NCBI GenBank assembly: GCA_030390025.1
Contig: CM059432.1
Coordinates: 21,392,001-21,456,000, forward strand
Length of the DNA stretch: 64,000 nucleotides
Reading direction: 5' to 3'
DNA from: Squalus acanthias
Taxonomy: Eukaryota
Part shown: piece by piece, positions 36,396-47,061 of the stretch
Layout: each line of letters opens with the position of its first letter
How positions within the stretch are numbered: position 1 is the stretch's first letter
Made by a program: the position numbers and the translations under genes
Notes under the pieces: model-generated
The model's input: the letters and a program-made list of their open reading frames with translations, nothing else
The model's database searches: none
Told to the model about the DNA's origin: nothing

Positions 36396-38269
36396 ATGGA
36401 GAGGGTGAGAGAACGAGCTCAGCGCTTCACCGAGCGGGCCTTGGATGCTCTGGTTGGCGCGGTGGAGCGCAGAAGATCTATACTCTTCCCTGAGAGTGGC
36501 AGGAGGCCTTTGCCACGCGAGTACAGAAGAGTGTGGAGGGAGGTGGCTCAGAGCATCTCCTCCAGGAGCATGGTGCCCAGGACCCATGTTCAATGCCGCA
36601 AAAAGTTCAACGACCTCACTCGGGTCGTCAGGGTGAGTGGCTTTTTCTCAATACCTCTCCATCCCTCCATCTCAACCTCACTCTATGGCCAGAGGGTCTT
36701 AAAACCCCAATGCACAACACTCATCCAACACCTATGGCCCTTTCATGAAACACACACACACATTCCACACTTTGCATACAGTAAGGGCTATTCACCTATG
36801 GGAGGCACATCAGGCAAGACCATGGCTGCATACAGTAAGGGCTATTCACCTATGGGAGGCACATCAGGCAAGACCATGGCTGCATACAGTAAGGGCTATT
36901 CACCTATGGGAGGCACATCAGGCAAGACCATGGCTGTATATTTACTCAGATGCTGTCCTTTTACTTGCAGGCCAAGCTGGCGCATAATAGGAGACAGCAG
37001 CAACGGACAGGTGGAGGGCGGCCTCAGCTGCAACCCCTCAGCGATCTTGAGGAGCGCGTCCACAGGATTGTGGCAAGCCGGGTGATCGGTCCCGTCGCCA
37101 CTGGAGACGCCGACCCCGTTCTGGACAGCAATGGTAAGGTCATCACCTTTTTGTCCTCTGTCCTTCCACTTGTCCCTCACAACACCAGCCTTTGACACTT
37201 TCAATCCAACTTGCTAACTCGCTGCACTTATTCCTCCCTTACTGCCACCCTGTCCTCACGCTAATGCCACTCTTGTACCTCCCTGCTTTCAGATGGTGAT
37301 TCACCAGCTGAGGAGACGGGCCCTGAAGCTGCCAGTGGGAGTGAAGCTGCAGCCGAGGAGGAAGAGGAAGCCGGAGCATCAGTGCCACCCTCTCCCGAGG
37401 AAGCCCATGCCCACACTGGGAACACGCCTTCCCTGGAGGGGAGCAGTGGGGAAGGGTCTGATGAGGGTGAAGCTCCAGGACCCAGCGGGCTGCAGCAATG
37501 CCATGGGGGTAGGGAAGAACGGGGGCCTTCTCCCCAGAGGGAGAGTATGCCAGCGACTCCTACTGCAATGGACGCAGAGGAGGAGCGGCTGATCGCAGAA
37601 ATGAACACCCAGGCGGTGGGCATGCACACTGAGCTCATGGGTGCAGTGGGAAGGGTGCCCGAATGCATTGAGTCACTGGCAAGGAGTGTGGAGCACTTCG
37701 CTGTAGCACAGGCGGATGCCACACTAACGCTTAGTGCTGCAATTCAGTCACTGACTGCCGTGATCCCATCTCTGACTGCTCTCATGCAGACTCAGATTGA
37801 GGCCACGCGAGCACTGACTGCTGCCAACCTCGATGGTTTGTTCACATGTCCCCGGGGCTCTCACCGCGCCGCAGCAGGCCAGCAATCTGTGCCCCAGCAG
37901 ATTGCTCCGGATGCTGAAGTGCTGCCCCGTGGGAGTGCCAGTGTGTTGGGCGAGCAGGGAGTTGCTGTCCTCTCTCACGATGACAGCATTCCTGCTGCCA
38001 ACACTGTCACTTCTCCACTGCACTTGCCACCGCCTGTAGGACAGACTGCTGCCGCCCATGCAGAGTTGGTGCAGTCTGCAGCCGGGCCCTCCAGGCCCAG
38101 AACTGGTCGAGGCCGTCCTTCAGGGGCATCTGCAGTGTCAGGGTCTGACAATCAGCAGCCTTCCACCAGCCTTGCTGCAGCCACTGAGGTCCCATTACGG
38201 AGGAGCAGTAGGGTTAGAAGGGGGGAAGTGCGCAAGGGAAGGAGATCACCCTCGAAGGGCAAAAAGTAG
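36396..38269 (+). CDS. Harbinger Myb/SANT (trihelix-like) DNA-binding protein, 3 exons (36396-36632, 36971-37133, 37293-38269), 458 aa
   Basis: MERVRERAQRFTERALDALV..W..VA..RTHVQCRKKFNDL; GT-AG junctions in phases 0 and 1 join into one 1377-nt frame; basic C-terminus RRSSRVRR..KGKK. Confidence 0.88.
36773..36936. repeat. 54-bp tandem repeat, 3 copies, in Myb intron 1
   Basis: TGCATACAGTAAGGGCTATTCACCTATGGGAGGCACATCAGGCAAGACCATGGC three times, identical by eye. Confidence 0.95.
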
Positions 38270-38581
38270 GAGGTGTGACAAAATGCTGGTCATTTTTTTA
38301 TTAAAGGCCGAGGTTCGTGGTCCAACTTTTGCCTAGTGTTTTGGACATTATCTCCAGGTTGTGAGAACCAGTTATGTTAATGACTGTTTTTTTGTGTTTA
38401 TTTCTATGAGTTTGTCATGAGGAAATGACACACACAGAGTTTGTAAAATAAATACGTTTTTGTATTCAAAATATACATGTTTGGTGTTTGGAATCATTGG
38501 TGCCTTGGCCGGCTTAGGGGTTGCGTGCTGGGTTCATTGATGTTGTTAGCAATGGCAGAAGCCATTTCCACAGCAGGGGCC

Positions 38582-39742
38582 CTAGAAGCGGCTTGCTATC
38601 AGCCGTTGACGGACGGCCCTTGCAGTTTCACCATTGTGGGCCGCCCTCCCGCCTTGGTGCTGCTGATGATCATCCTCCTCGTCCTCTTCCTCCTCTTCCT
38701 CCTCCTCCTCTGGTGGTGCTCCAAGGCCTGGTGGCATTGGCTGGGTCCTGACGATTGCCATGTTATGCAACATGCAGCACACAACTACGAAGTTGGATAC
38801 TCGCTCAGGCGAGTACTGCAGGGCTCCTCCAGAATGGTCGAGACAGCGGAACCGTTGCTTCAGCACGCCAATTGTGTGCTCAATGATGTTCCTGGTAGCT
38901 TGATGGCTCTCGTTGTACCGCAGCTCAGCAGGGGTGTTGGGCGTACGGAGCGGTGTCATCAGCCAGGTGCTCAATGGATACCCCTTGTCCCCGAGAAGCC
39001 AACCAACTGGCTGATGCGGTGCCTCAAAAAGTTCTGCCACAGTAGTCTGGCGCAGGATGAAAGCATCGTGGCAGCTGCCAGGATAGTGGGCATTGACAGC
39101 GAGTATCAGCTGTCTGTGGTCACAGACCAACTGAACATTCAAGGAATGGAACCCCTTTCTGTTCCGGAATTCCTCGGCATTCTCATGTGGAGCACGCAAA
39201 GCCACATGCGTGCAGTCAATGGCGCCCTGCACCATGGGGAAGCCTGCTATCCTCGCAAAGCCCAGAGCGCGGTCACGCTGCTTGTCTGGGGTCATGGGGA
39301 AAGAGATGAACTCTCGTCTCCTTTTAAAGAGGGCATTTGTGACCTGCCGGATGCAGCAATGCACCGCGAACTGGGAGATATTGGCGAGGTCCCCAGCAGC
39401 AGCTTGAAATGAGCCAGTAGCATAGAAGTTGAGAGCCACTGTGACCTTCACTGCCACCGACAGAGACGTCCTGGACCTCAGTTGAGGCTGCAGATCTGGC
39501 TGCAGCAGGTGGCAGAGCTCAGTGACCACCTCCTTGCTGAATCGCAGCCTTCGCAAACACAGCTCCTCAGACATATGAATGTAGGAGAGCTGTTCACGAT
39601 ATACCCTGGGAGGGTAAGCTCTCCTGTACATACGCCTGTTGGCCCTCCTCTGTCTGGCCATCATTGCCACTCTCTCTCTGCGTCTCTGTGTCCTCCGATT
39701 CAGCTGGAGCAGGACGACGCCCCCAATCAGTGCAGCCCCCAT
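38582..39742 (-). CDS. Harbinger DDE transposase (HARBI1-like family), 386 aa, intact
   Basis: First ATG at 39742; N-terminal LRFSKEVV..L region; catalytic motifs GAIDCTHV, LLGDKGYP and RNIIEHTIGVLKQRF; no stops. Confidence 0.95.
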   Translation of the reverse strand: MGAALIGGVVLLQLNRRTQRRRERVAMMARQRRANRRMYRRAYPPRVYREQLSYIHMSEELCLRRLRFSKEVVTELCHLLQPDLQPQLRSRTSLSVAVKVTVALNFYATGSFQAAAGDLANISQFAVHCCIRQVTNALFKRRREFISFPMTPDKQRDRALGFARIAGFPMVQGAIDCTHVALRAPHENAEEFRNRKGFHSLNVQLVCDHRQLILAVNAHYPGSCHDAFILRQTTVAELFEAPHQPVGWLLGDKGYPLSTWLMTPLRTPNTPAELRYNESHQATRNIIEHTIGVLKQRFRCLDHSGGALQYSPERVSNFVVVCCMLHNMAIVRTQPMPPGLGAPPEEEEEEEEEDEEDDHQQHQGGRAAHNGETARAVRQRLIASRF

Positions 39743-41940
39743 AGTCTCTTTGCAAGCAAAGTTATGAAGGACAGCAACCAAAGTACCAGCGAAGTTAGGA
39801 TCAGTAGGCAAAACTACCTCACACAGCGTTGACTCAATGCAGAAGTCTCTCTTTCTCTCTCTCCGAATCTCTCTCTCTCTCTCAGAACGAGTGGTGCAAA
39901 AATGTCAACCACAGAAAAAGACAGGAAGAGGCCCCCTTTAAATAGCGCCCCCCCCAGCCCCACAGCGATTGATAGCGTTCCAGTCTTCCGGTCGTTGGAT
40001 GCGCCAGGCGGTAAGGCAGGGGGCGCCACTCAATTTCCGCTCCGAGGCGCCACAAGGGCGTTGCACCATGGAATGACGTCACAATCAGCGGTAAAGTTTA
40101 GCGCCGCCGCACAATGTCTAGTTAAGTTCCCGAGCGGCGCAAACATCGCTGCGCCCGGGCGCTAGCGGCTTTGCGCCCCATTAGCGCCCTCTTAAGGCGC
40201 TAACGGGAGGCGCAACCAACTGAATTTTTACCCCTGAGTCTTCACGCGGGGGTAAGGCTTCCCCGCGATATCTCACTCCGCGCCTACCTTTTTCCTCCGA
40301 GCCCACACAAACTTTAGTTTCAAGGCTGCAGCTGTGCAGTGCTTGCGTGACCCAGAGACGCAATTAGTTCGTGCGAGCTCTGGGATCACGTGATTCAGTT
40401 AGAGCCAATGGCAGCACACCATCTTTCATTCATAGTTTTCACAGCAAGAGCTGTCAAAGCTTTGAATACTATACCCCCCCAAAAGAACAGCTAAAGCTCA
40501 ATTAAATTAAAAAAAGCCATCACATTAATAAAATAAGTATAGTTAAATAAATTAACCACTTTAAACAAAAAATTAAATTTTTGAAAAAATTTGAAATCTT
40601 TTTAAAAGTTATAAAAATAAACTTACCTTTCTTTAAAGTCTCTAAAAAAGATAAACCTGTTGAAAATTTTTTAAAATAATACTTAATTAACTACTTACCT
40701 TGTTAAAAGAGGGTCTTACGCCTCCTTTCTTTATGTGTAAAATCTTCCATGCTTACCTGCGCGTTCAAAGCACTAAGTGCACTGCGTGCGCGCAGCCTGT
40801 AGCGCGCACGCGATTCACTTAGGAACCGCCCCCTTTTGAATTCACGAAGTGCCGGTTTCCCACGCATGCGCAGTGCATGCTGGAAACCGGCAATTGGAGA
40901 CCTAAAACGTGAGAGTACACAGTGCGTACTCTCGCGTATTAGGTCTAATTTTCAGGCCATAAAATTCTTACAGGGCTTGACAGGGTGGATACTGGGAGGA
41001 TGTTTCCCTTGGCTGGGGAGTCTAGAACCAGGGGTCACAGTCTGAGAATAAGGGGTTGGCCATTTAGGACTGAGATGAGGAGAAAGTTCTTCACTCAGAG
41101 GGTGGTGAATCTTTGGAATTCTCTACCCCAGAGGGCTGTGGAGGCTCAGTCGTTGAGTTTATTCAAGAAAGAGATATATTTTTGGATACTAAGGGAATCA
41201 AGGGATATGGGGATAGTCAGGAAAGTGGAGTTGAGGTAGAAGATCAGCCATGATCTTATTGAATGGCGGAGCAGGCTCGAAGGGCCGAATGGCCTACTCC
41301 TGCTTCTATTTCTTATGTTCTTATTAGTAAATAATGGTTTAGCTTCCCGCCAAGGCTATATAGTTTATAGTTTAAATGCAGCCAGAATCCAGAGTCAGGG
41401 CCCAATATAATCAAAGTGATGTGAGACTCCCTGAGACAGGGGGCTGGATTTTACCAACCTCGGCAGGGCCGTGGCGGGTCCCGACCCCGCTGCTGGCTCC
41501 AGCCTGCTGTCCAAAATGATTTTCCACTGATTGGGCTTGTTTGCCGGCCAGCACGTTTGCCAGCCAATTGATGATGCGTCATCAGTTGGTTTCCCTAAAG
41601 GGACTTTGCGCAAATTGATTTTGACAGTCACAGCACACAGGGAGTATCTCTTCCCTTCCAATGGGTGGAAGAGACCTCCCCGGGAGACCAACGCAGCCTG
41701 GTTGCACAATACACAGGAGGACATAAGCAGGGATGTCATCAGGAGGACCAGGCTGGAGTAGCACAAACATTTCAATGATCTCAGTAGATCACGAAACGTT
41801 ACTGCAAAGCCACACTCAACCTCATCCTGCTGTGCCACTCCTCACATCCCCATCACTCTGCCTTCCCTACCCTACTCCTGCACATCCTTACTCACACCAA
41901 CTTACCTTGCACCTCCACCCATCCCTCTCTATCTACATTG

Positions 41941-42111
41941 ATGTGGAGGTGCCGGTGTTGGACTGGGGTGGACAAATGTGAGAAGTCGCACAACACCAGG
42001 TTATAGTCCAACAGTCGAAGGACTTCACCTGACGAAGGAGCAGCACTCCGAAAGCTTGTGATTTCAAATAAAACTGTTGGACTATAACCTGGTGTTGTGC
42101 GACTTCTCACA
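41941..42111 (+). mobile_element. 171-bp non-coding Penelope-type element containing a hammerhead
   Basis: 13-bp TSD TCTATCTACATTG at 41928-41940 and 42112-42124; 38-bp inverted arms 41977-42014 and 42074-42111; empty site visible in the paralog near 13036-13050. Confidence 0.88.
42025..42061 (+). ncRNA. Minimal hammerhead ribozyme motif
   Basis: UCAC-CUGACGA-A-GGAG-CAGCA-CUCC-GAAAG-CUU-GUGA; helix I UCAC/GUGA, palindromic helix III AAGCUU. Confidence 0.82.
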
Positions 42112-42289
42112 TCTATCTACATTGTCACTTCCCCATCTCACTAGCCACCCATCACACTCACCCTCATCCTAGTCCAATCAAACCAACTAACAACACACAA
42201 GGGTAGCCACTTGGGTGTTTTGGCAAATGTTCATGTAAAGCTTCTGCTAATGTGCTGTCAAACATTGAAACCTTTATTTTCAACACTTT

Positions 42290-43130
42290 GGGCTCAAATT
42301 TCCAAGCCCCGAGGAGACGGGTTTGGAGGCGGGAGTGGTGGGAAAATTGCAGATTCAGGGGGCACGTACCCATCCCGCCCCCAACCCACCTCCATGCCAA
42401 TGTCCCAGGAGGCGGGTACCCGACCTGTGCTGGGAGCCGCCTCCCCGAGGCGGGAAGGGGATTAGTGCCAATTAACTGCCTGTTAACAGGTAGTTAACAG
42501 GCAGTTTTTTGGCTAATCCCTATTTTTAGCCCTGAAGTGTGGGCTGCCCGACGGCTCCAAACCACGGCAAGTTAGCGAGGTGGACCGTCGGTCTGCAGGG
42601 CTTGGAGGGGTCGAGATGTCTGGAGTACAGGTGAGTGATGGGTGCATGAGTGCAGAGGTAAGTGTGTTTGGTGTGTCTAAAGTGTTTTAATAAGTTTTAC
42701 TTACCTTTACTTTCTCCTCCAGGCTTCCTCCCTTCAGTTCTCGAGAGTACCTCAGCTCACCGGCACAGAAAGCAGAATGGCCGCTGAGCTGTCAAAAGCT
42801 GCAGCCTCTGCTTTCTGGTCTGGAGAGCTGTCTAACTGAGTCTGAGTAGAAGGACTCAAGTTAGAAGACAGATTGTCAGTGTTTGACAGCTTCACAGAGC
42901 TGTCAAACGCTGATATTTCATCTGTCAACAGCTCTTGACAGATGAAATGTCAATTGCTGACGTCACCAGTATCCAAGTGTCCCTTAATTGGCCTGCTGAG
43001 CCCGCTGGGCGGGCTTAACAAGGTCAATCAAGGGAAAGTAGCGTGGGTTGGCCACAAATCGATGGAGGCGGGACTACAACCCAAAAAGTGGGAGTCCCGC
43101 CTCCACATCCCCATTGACAAAATCGAGCCC
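42290..43130. mobile_element. 841-bp Harbinger-type MITE
   Basis: TIR GGGCTCAAATTT / AAAATCGAGCCC; TSD TTT; shares its internal palindrome with 25364-26229. Confidence 0.9.
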
Positions 43131-44163
43131 TTTGTGTTCTTGGACAGATCTGTGTACACCTTTGGAGGTGCCTTAGTGAGTTGCAGTGAATGGTGAGACA
43201 TAACGGTATACCCCACAAAGGCTTGGGCATTATAGAGATGCTTTATGGTGTTGGTGTGGGTTGGTGCCAACCTGGCAGCCAGGGTGCACAGTGTTAAGTG
43301 AAGTAAATCTGGCCATGGTGAGGCCATCCCTGGCCTCCCGAGCAGCAACGTGGTTGGGTGTTGATGTCCCCTCTCCTGTGAAGCATCAGTTGATTGTGGA
43401 GAAGGTTGGTGTTGTTGCTGGTACTGGTGTGCCTGGTGCTGCTGGTGTTGGGGCTGATCATGGTGGGATTCTGAGGACCAAGGTGAGATAGTTTCCAGTG
43501 CACCTATGCTAATGTAATAGATGGCATGTGAACTTGAGATGACAGAAGCGATCTGTCAATGCTAAGAGAGGTTGTTCCAATTGAGGTGACACTGGATAGA
43601 GAGTTTACTTCAAACATTTGCATCCTGCATTGTGCATGAATAGCCATATTCAGAAAAATACATCATCCTATGAAATAATTCTGACTTTATTAAACATGAC
43701 AAACTGGGCTTGAAAATCTGGAAGCCTCAACAAGGAAAAGCTGTAAACAGAATACAGGCTTTTGAAATAAGATAAGTTGTTGACACTGAAAGAATAGCCC
43801 TATTGAAGCAGAGGGTTGGAGGTGCCTAGAAGTCTGCAGTTTGGAAAGAGCACAATAGCATACCCAGTTAAAGTGTCTTAAACCAACACTTCGAAATGAA
43901 TCACATAAATTAAAGAAACATATGCCTTCGTAAATATAACATCAAATGAAACACAGGAGACATCAAATGAAAGACAGGAGACATAATTCTTAATGCAACC
44001 AACTGAGGTGGCTAGGGAGACAATGATGCACCCGGTTGAGGTGTTTTTAATTTACATGTTGTAAAAAGATACAAACAGAAGACTTTCATAAATATGACAT
44101 CAATAGATGCAACAGCCATCACATTGTTTTTGTGTTGAACTTGGAACACCTAGGAGACACAAA

Positions 44164-44937
44164 GGGGGAAAAATTCAGCTGCTTGCGCCTCCCGTTAGCG
44201 CCTTAAGAGGGCGCTAATGGGGCGTAAAGCAGCTAACGCCCGGGCGCAGCGCCGCCCACGCCTCCCGAAAAATTTAGTGGGAGGTTAGCGGCGGCGGCAG
44301 CCGGTAGCGCCCTGTGGCGCTGCGCTGCCGGCGATGATGTCATCGCCGTGCGCAGCACCCCGCTCGCGCCCCGGCCGTGATCTTCAGTCGCGCCCCCTGA
44401 TTTACCAGCCAGACGCTATGTCCGACGGGTTCAGGGAGGCGTACGTGCGGCCGGGGTGGCGATATTTAAAGGGGAGGTGGCAGGCGGCCATTTTTGTTGC
44501 TGGCCGCCTGCCAGCACCTGCCCCCGTTGCTGTCCCCGGCCCCCGTGAAGCCCCCCCACCGTGAAGTGCCGGCTGCGCTCCAAGAGCCCGGCACTTCTCT
44601 TGAGTGCCGGGCTCTTTTGCCGGCACTCCCGATCCCTGGGGGCCCAGCTGGGCCCCGGTTCGCGCTGCGCAGGGTCCCTCCCCTTTAAGAAGGGGAGGAA
44701 GGCCTGCAATACCGCGGCGCGACGTGCCGCAGCGCGTGGCGCTGCGGCACGTAGCGCCAGGATATTCCCTCGCAGCGCCCCAAGAGGGATGCGGGGTGCT
44801 TCCAGTGGCGCCCCGCTTCCCTCTTGGGGCGCAACCACTGAAGTTCCGGCGCGGGGCCGCTAATTTTTTCGGGGCGCTAAAAGTCGCGCCCCGGCAAGGT
44901 TAGCGCCCCAAATGGGGCGCGACTCAATTTTTACCCC
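44164..44937. mobile_element. 774-bp GC-rich MITE with termini like the autonomous Harbinger
   Basis: TIR GGGG(G/T)AAAAATT; TSD AAA; TTAGCGCC subterminal motifs. Confidence 0.92.
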
Positions 44938-45373
44938 AAAGTCTGTAATGCAACCAGCTAAGGTGACTTAAGAATTGAATAGAAGACCTTACTAAGAATG
45001 GCATCAAATAGATACATCTGTTACAACCATTTTTTATGATGAACTTGAAACACCTAAAGGAGAGACACGTATCTGAAAGCTACAGCTGAACTAATTGTAA
45101 GAATAGCAAGGGTCAACAGAAAAATAACTAGAGATAATTAGCTTACATCAGCAGAAAACTTCAAAGGATATACCACTGAGAAAGAGTATAAAAGATAGGA
45201 TTTTCAAATAGGAAGACAGAATTCGCTGGAAGGGGCAAAGTGCTTCTCAGACTTCAGAGGCAAGCTCTGTAAGTTTTCAACTCTTTAAGTCTCGGGGTTC
45301 AAAGGTACTTGTATTTGATTTTGGTGGATATTCTGGAATAAGACTAAGTAAGAAATGTAAAAATGTAACGAAG

Positions 45374-47061
45374 TGTAAGAAATAGCTATTAGAGTCATAG
45401 ATGAAGTTTGACTCTTAGAACAGAAATTAAAACTGCAGTCAGGAGCAAAATGGGGGAAGTGTCAGCAAGGTCAATTAACAAACACCAAAATGATAAGGTT
45501 GTAAAATGCAAGAAAACAAGGGAGGATAGCACTAGCTGGACAATAAGGAGCCACGAAACCATAAAATGTCCCTGAAAAAACATAACAAAACATTCCTCAG
45601 AAAGATAAGAGAAAAGGACTCGGTGGCCATTAAGGAGAGAAACAGGGAGGGATGTTTTCCCGCATCACACTTGGGATATAGGTGAATGACATTAAATAAA
45701 TCACGGCCCACCGAAATAATTATAAAGATACTGGGCTGAGAGCAGAAGTCAGACAGCGAGGAGCGAAGGCTTCTTCGAGGTGGAAATCAATGCTGGCTCA
45801 GGCCTAACACCTTGACTAAGTTTAGCCTCTGAGGTGGATCAATGCTGGCTTATGCCTAACACCTCCAACAGCCCAGGGGACGAATCAACAGAAGTGACTG
45901 CTGCGCTGATTGCAGAAACCAGCTGACCCAAGACCTCCACGCTGCCTCATCAGACATCCAACCAACCGTCCGTCCGGTCGTGGTGTTCCGCTTCGGGAGC
46001 CGTAGATCGCTCTCTACTGTCACGGGTTGTATGTTTATTATACTCAGCTTAAACCATATGTAATATCTGATTATGCTTTAAAACTGTAGGGGGGAAAAAT
46101 TCAGTTGGTTGCGCCTCCTGTTAGCGCCTTAAGAGGGCGCTAATGGGGCGCAAAGCAACTAGCGCCCGGGCACGACAATGTTTGCGCCGCTCGCGAAATT
46201 AACTAGACATTTTGCGGCGGCACTAAACACTACCGCCACGATCTCCTGCGCCGGCAGATAGTGTCGTCAGGCGAGTGTGCAACGCCCCGGTAGTGCCCCG
46301 GTGCGGATATTGAGTGGCACCCCCTGCCTTACCGCCTGCCGCTAGCAATGACAGGTTGAGGGGAGCATTTTGCAGTCAGGAAGGGACTGGGGGAGCGCTA
46401 TTTAAAGGCGACTGCTTCCTGCCTTTTTTTGTTGGTGACATTTTTGTACCACGCATTCTGAGAGAGAAAGAGAGAGACTTCTAGAGAGATTCAATGCTGT
46501 GTGAAGGAGTTTTGGGCTACTGAGCAGCACTTTGCAGGTTCATTTTGATTTGCGCTTCCTTGTATCGATTTAGAAGAGACTTTGGGGGCTGCACTCGTAG
46601 CTCTTTCCCTGGTTCTCTCCATTGTTCTTTCCAGCAGATTTGATGTACAGGTCTCTCCAGGCCGAGATTCAAGGCTGCAATGAGAAGGATGTGGATGGAA
46701 AGCAAGATCAACCCTCCCCTTTAAGAACTGGCCGGCGCCATTGTGTCTGTATTCCATTGCTGACTGACATCACATGAGCTTCGCCAGCGCTCTGAGTTAG
46801 CGCCTCGCTCCTCGGCCTTTGCGCCTTAAGACAGATGTGTAGCGCCTGATTTAGCGCTCCAATCACCTCCAGGGGCGAAAAAAGTCAAGTTTGCAGTCGG
46901 AGGCGATAATTAGCGCCAGGCGCTAATCTTTGCGCCCGGCCGATAATTGCGCCCCAAAAGGGGCGATACTGAATTTCTCCCCCTAGCTCTTTAAATAAAA
47001 GCCTTACAACTTCTAAAGCCCTGTTGGGTAATCTGTGTGAGCCTGTGATCCTGATCTTACA
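45374..47061 (+). mobile_element. Solo LTR (~790 bp without its insertion)
   Basis: Termini TGTAAGA...TCTTACA; 4-bp TSD GAAG; TATAAA at 45721 and AATAAA near 46994; absent from the paralogous host copy near 60270. Confidence 0.85.
46090..46983. mobile_element. 894-bp Harbinger MITE, same family as 20096-20989
   Basis: Ends GGGGGAAAAATTCAG / CTGAATTTCTCCCCC; TSD TAG; same internal sequence. Confidence 0.95.

Larger units (their letters stand above)
36038..40234. mobile_element. Complete, potentially autonomous PIF/Harbinger transposon (4197 bp)
   Basis: TSD TGA at 36035-36037 and 40235-40237; TIR GGGG(G/T)AAAAATT; two convergent intact genes. Confidence 0.96.
36016..40959. mobile_element. 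MITE of the 11138-11866 family, split by the autonomous Harbinger
   Basis: Ends TGGCCCAGAAATT and AATTTTCAGGCCA; 40238-40959 is a reverse-orientation homolog of 11138-11866. Confidence 0.85.
30905..41323 (+). mobile_element. Host CR1 LINE in three pieces (30905-31254, 35561-36015, 40960-41323)
   Basis: RT reading continues across both insertions (..RLSDWART | YNVEK.. and LIET | KILTGLDRVD); 3' tail near 41310. Confidence 0.9.

Noticed and set aside
36773..36936. CRISPR-like array
   Set aside because: Head-to-tail identical units with no unique spacers, in a eukaryotic intron.
38477..39412. 311-aa plus-strand ORF
   Set aside because: Antisense shadow of the transposase with no recognisable domain.
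38582..39811. Host gene HARBI1 (and NAIF1/MSANTD for the Myb ORF)
   Set aside because: Both ORFs lie between TIRs with a TSD, inside another repeat, and have a decayed paralog in the same window, so they are transposon genes. The listed 409-aa ORF starts at a non-ATG codon; the first ATG is 39742.
44334..44903. Several overlapping ORFs or a host CpG-island promoter
   Set aside because: All lie inside a 774-bp GC-rich MITE with TIRs and TSD; long ORFs are expected at this GC content.
45900..45960. CTGATGA on the minus strand as a further hammerhead
   Set aside because: No GAAA box or helix II at the required spacing.
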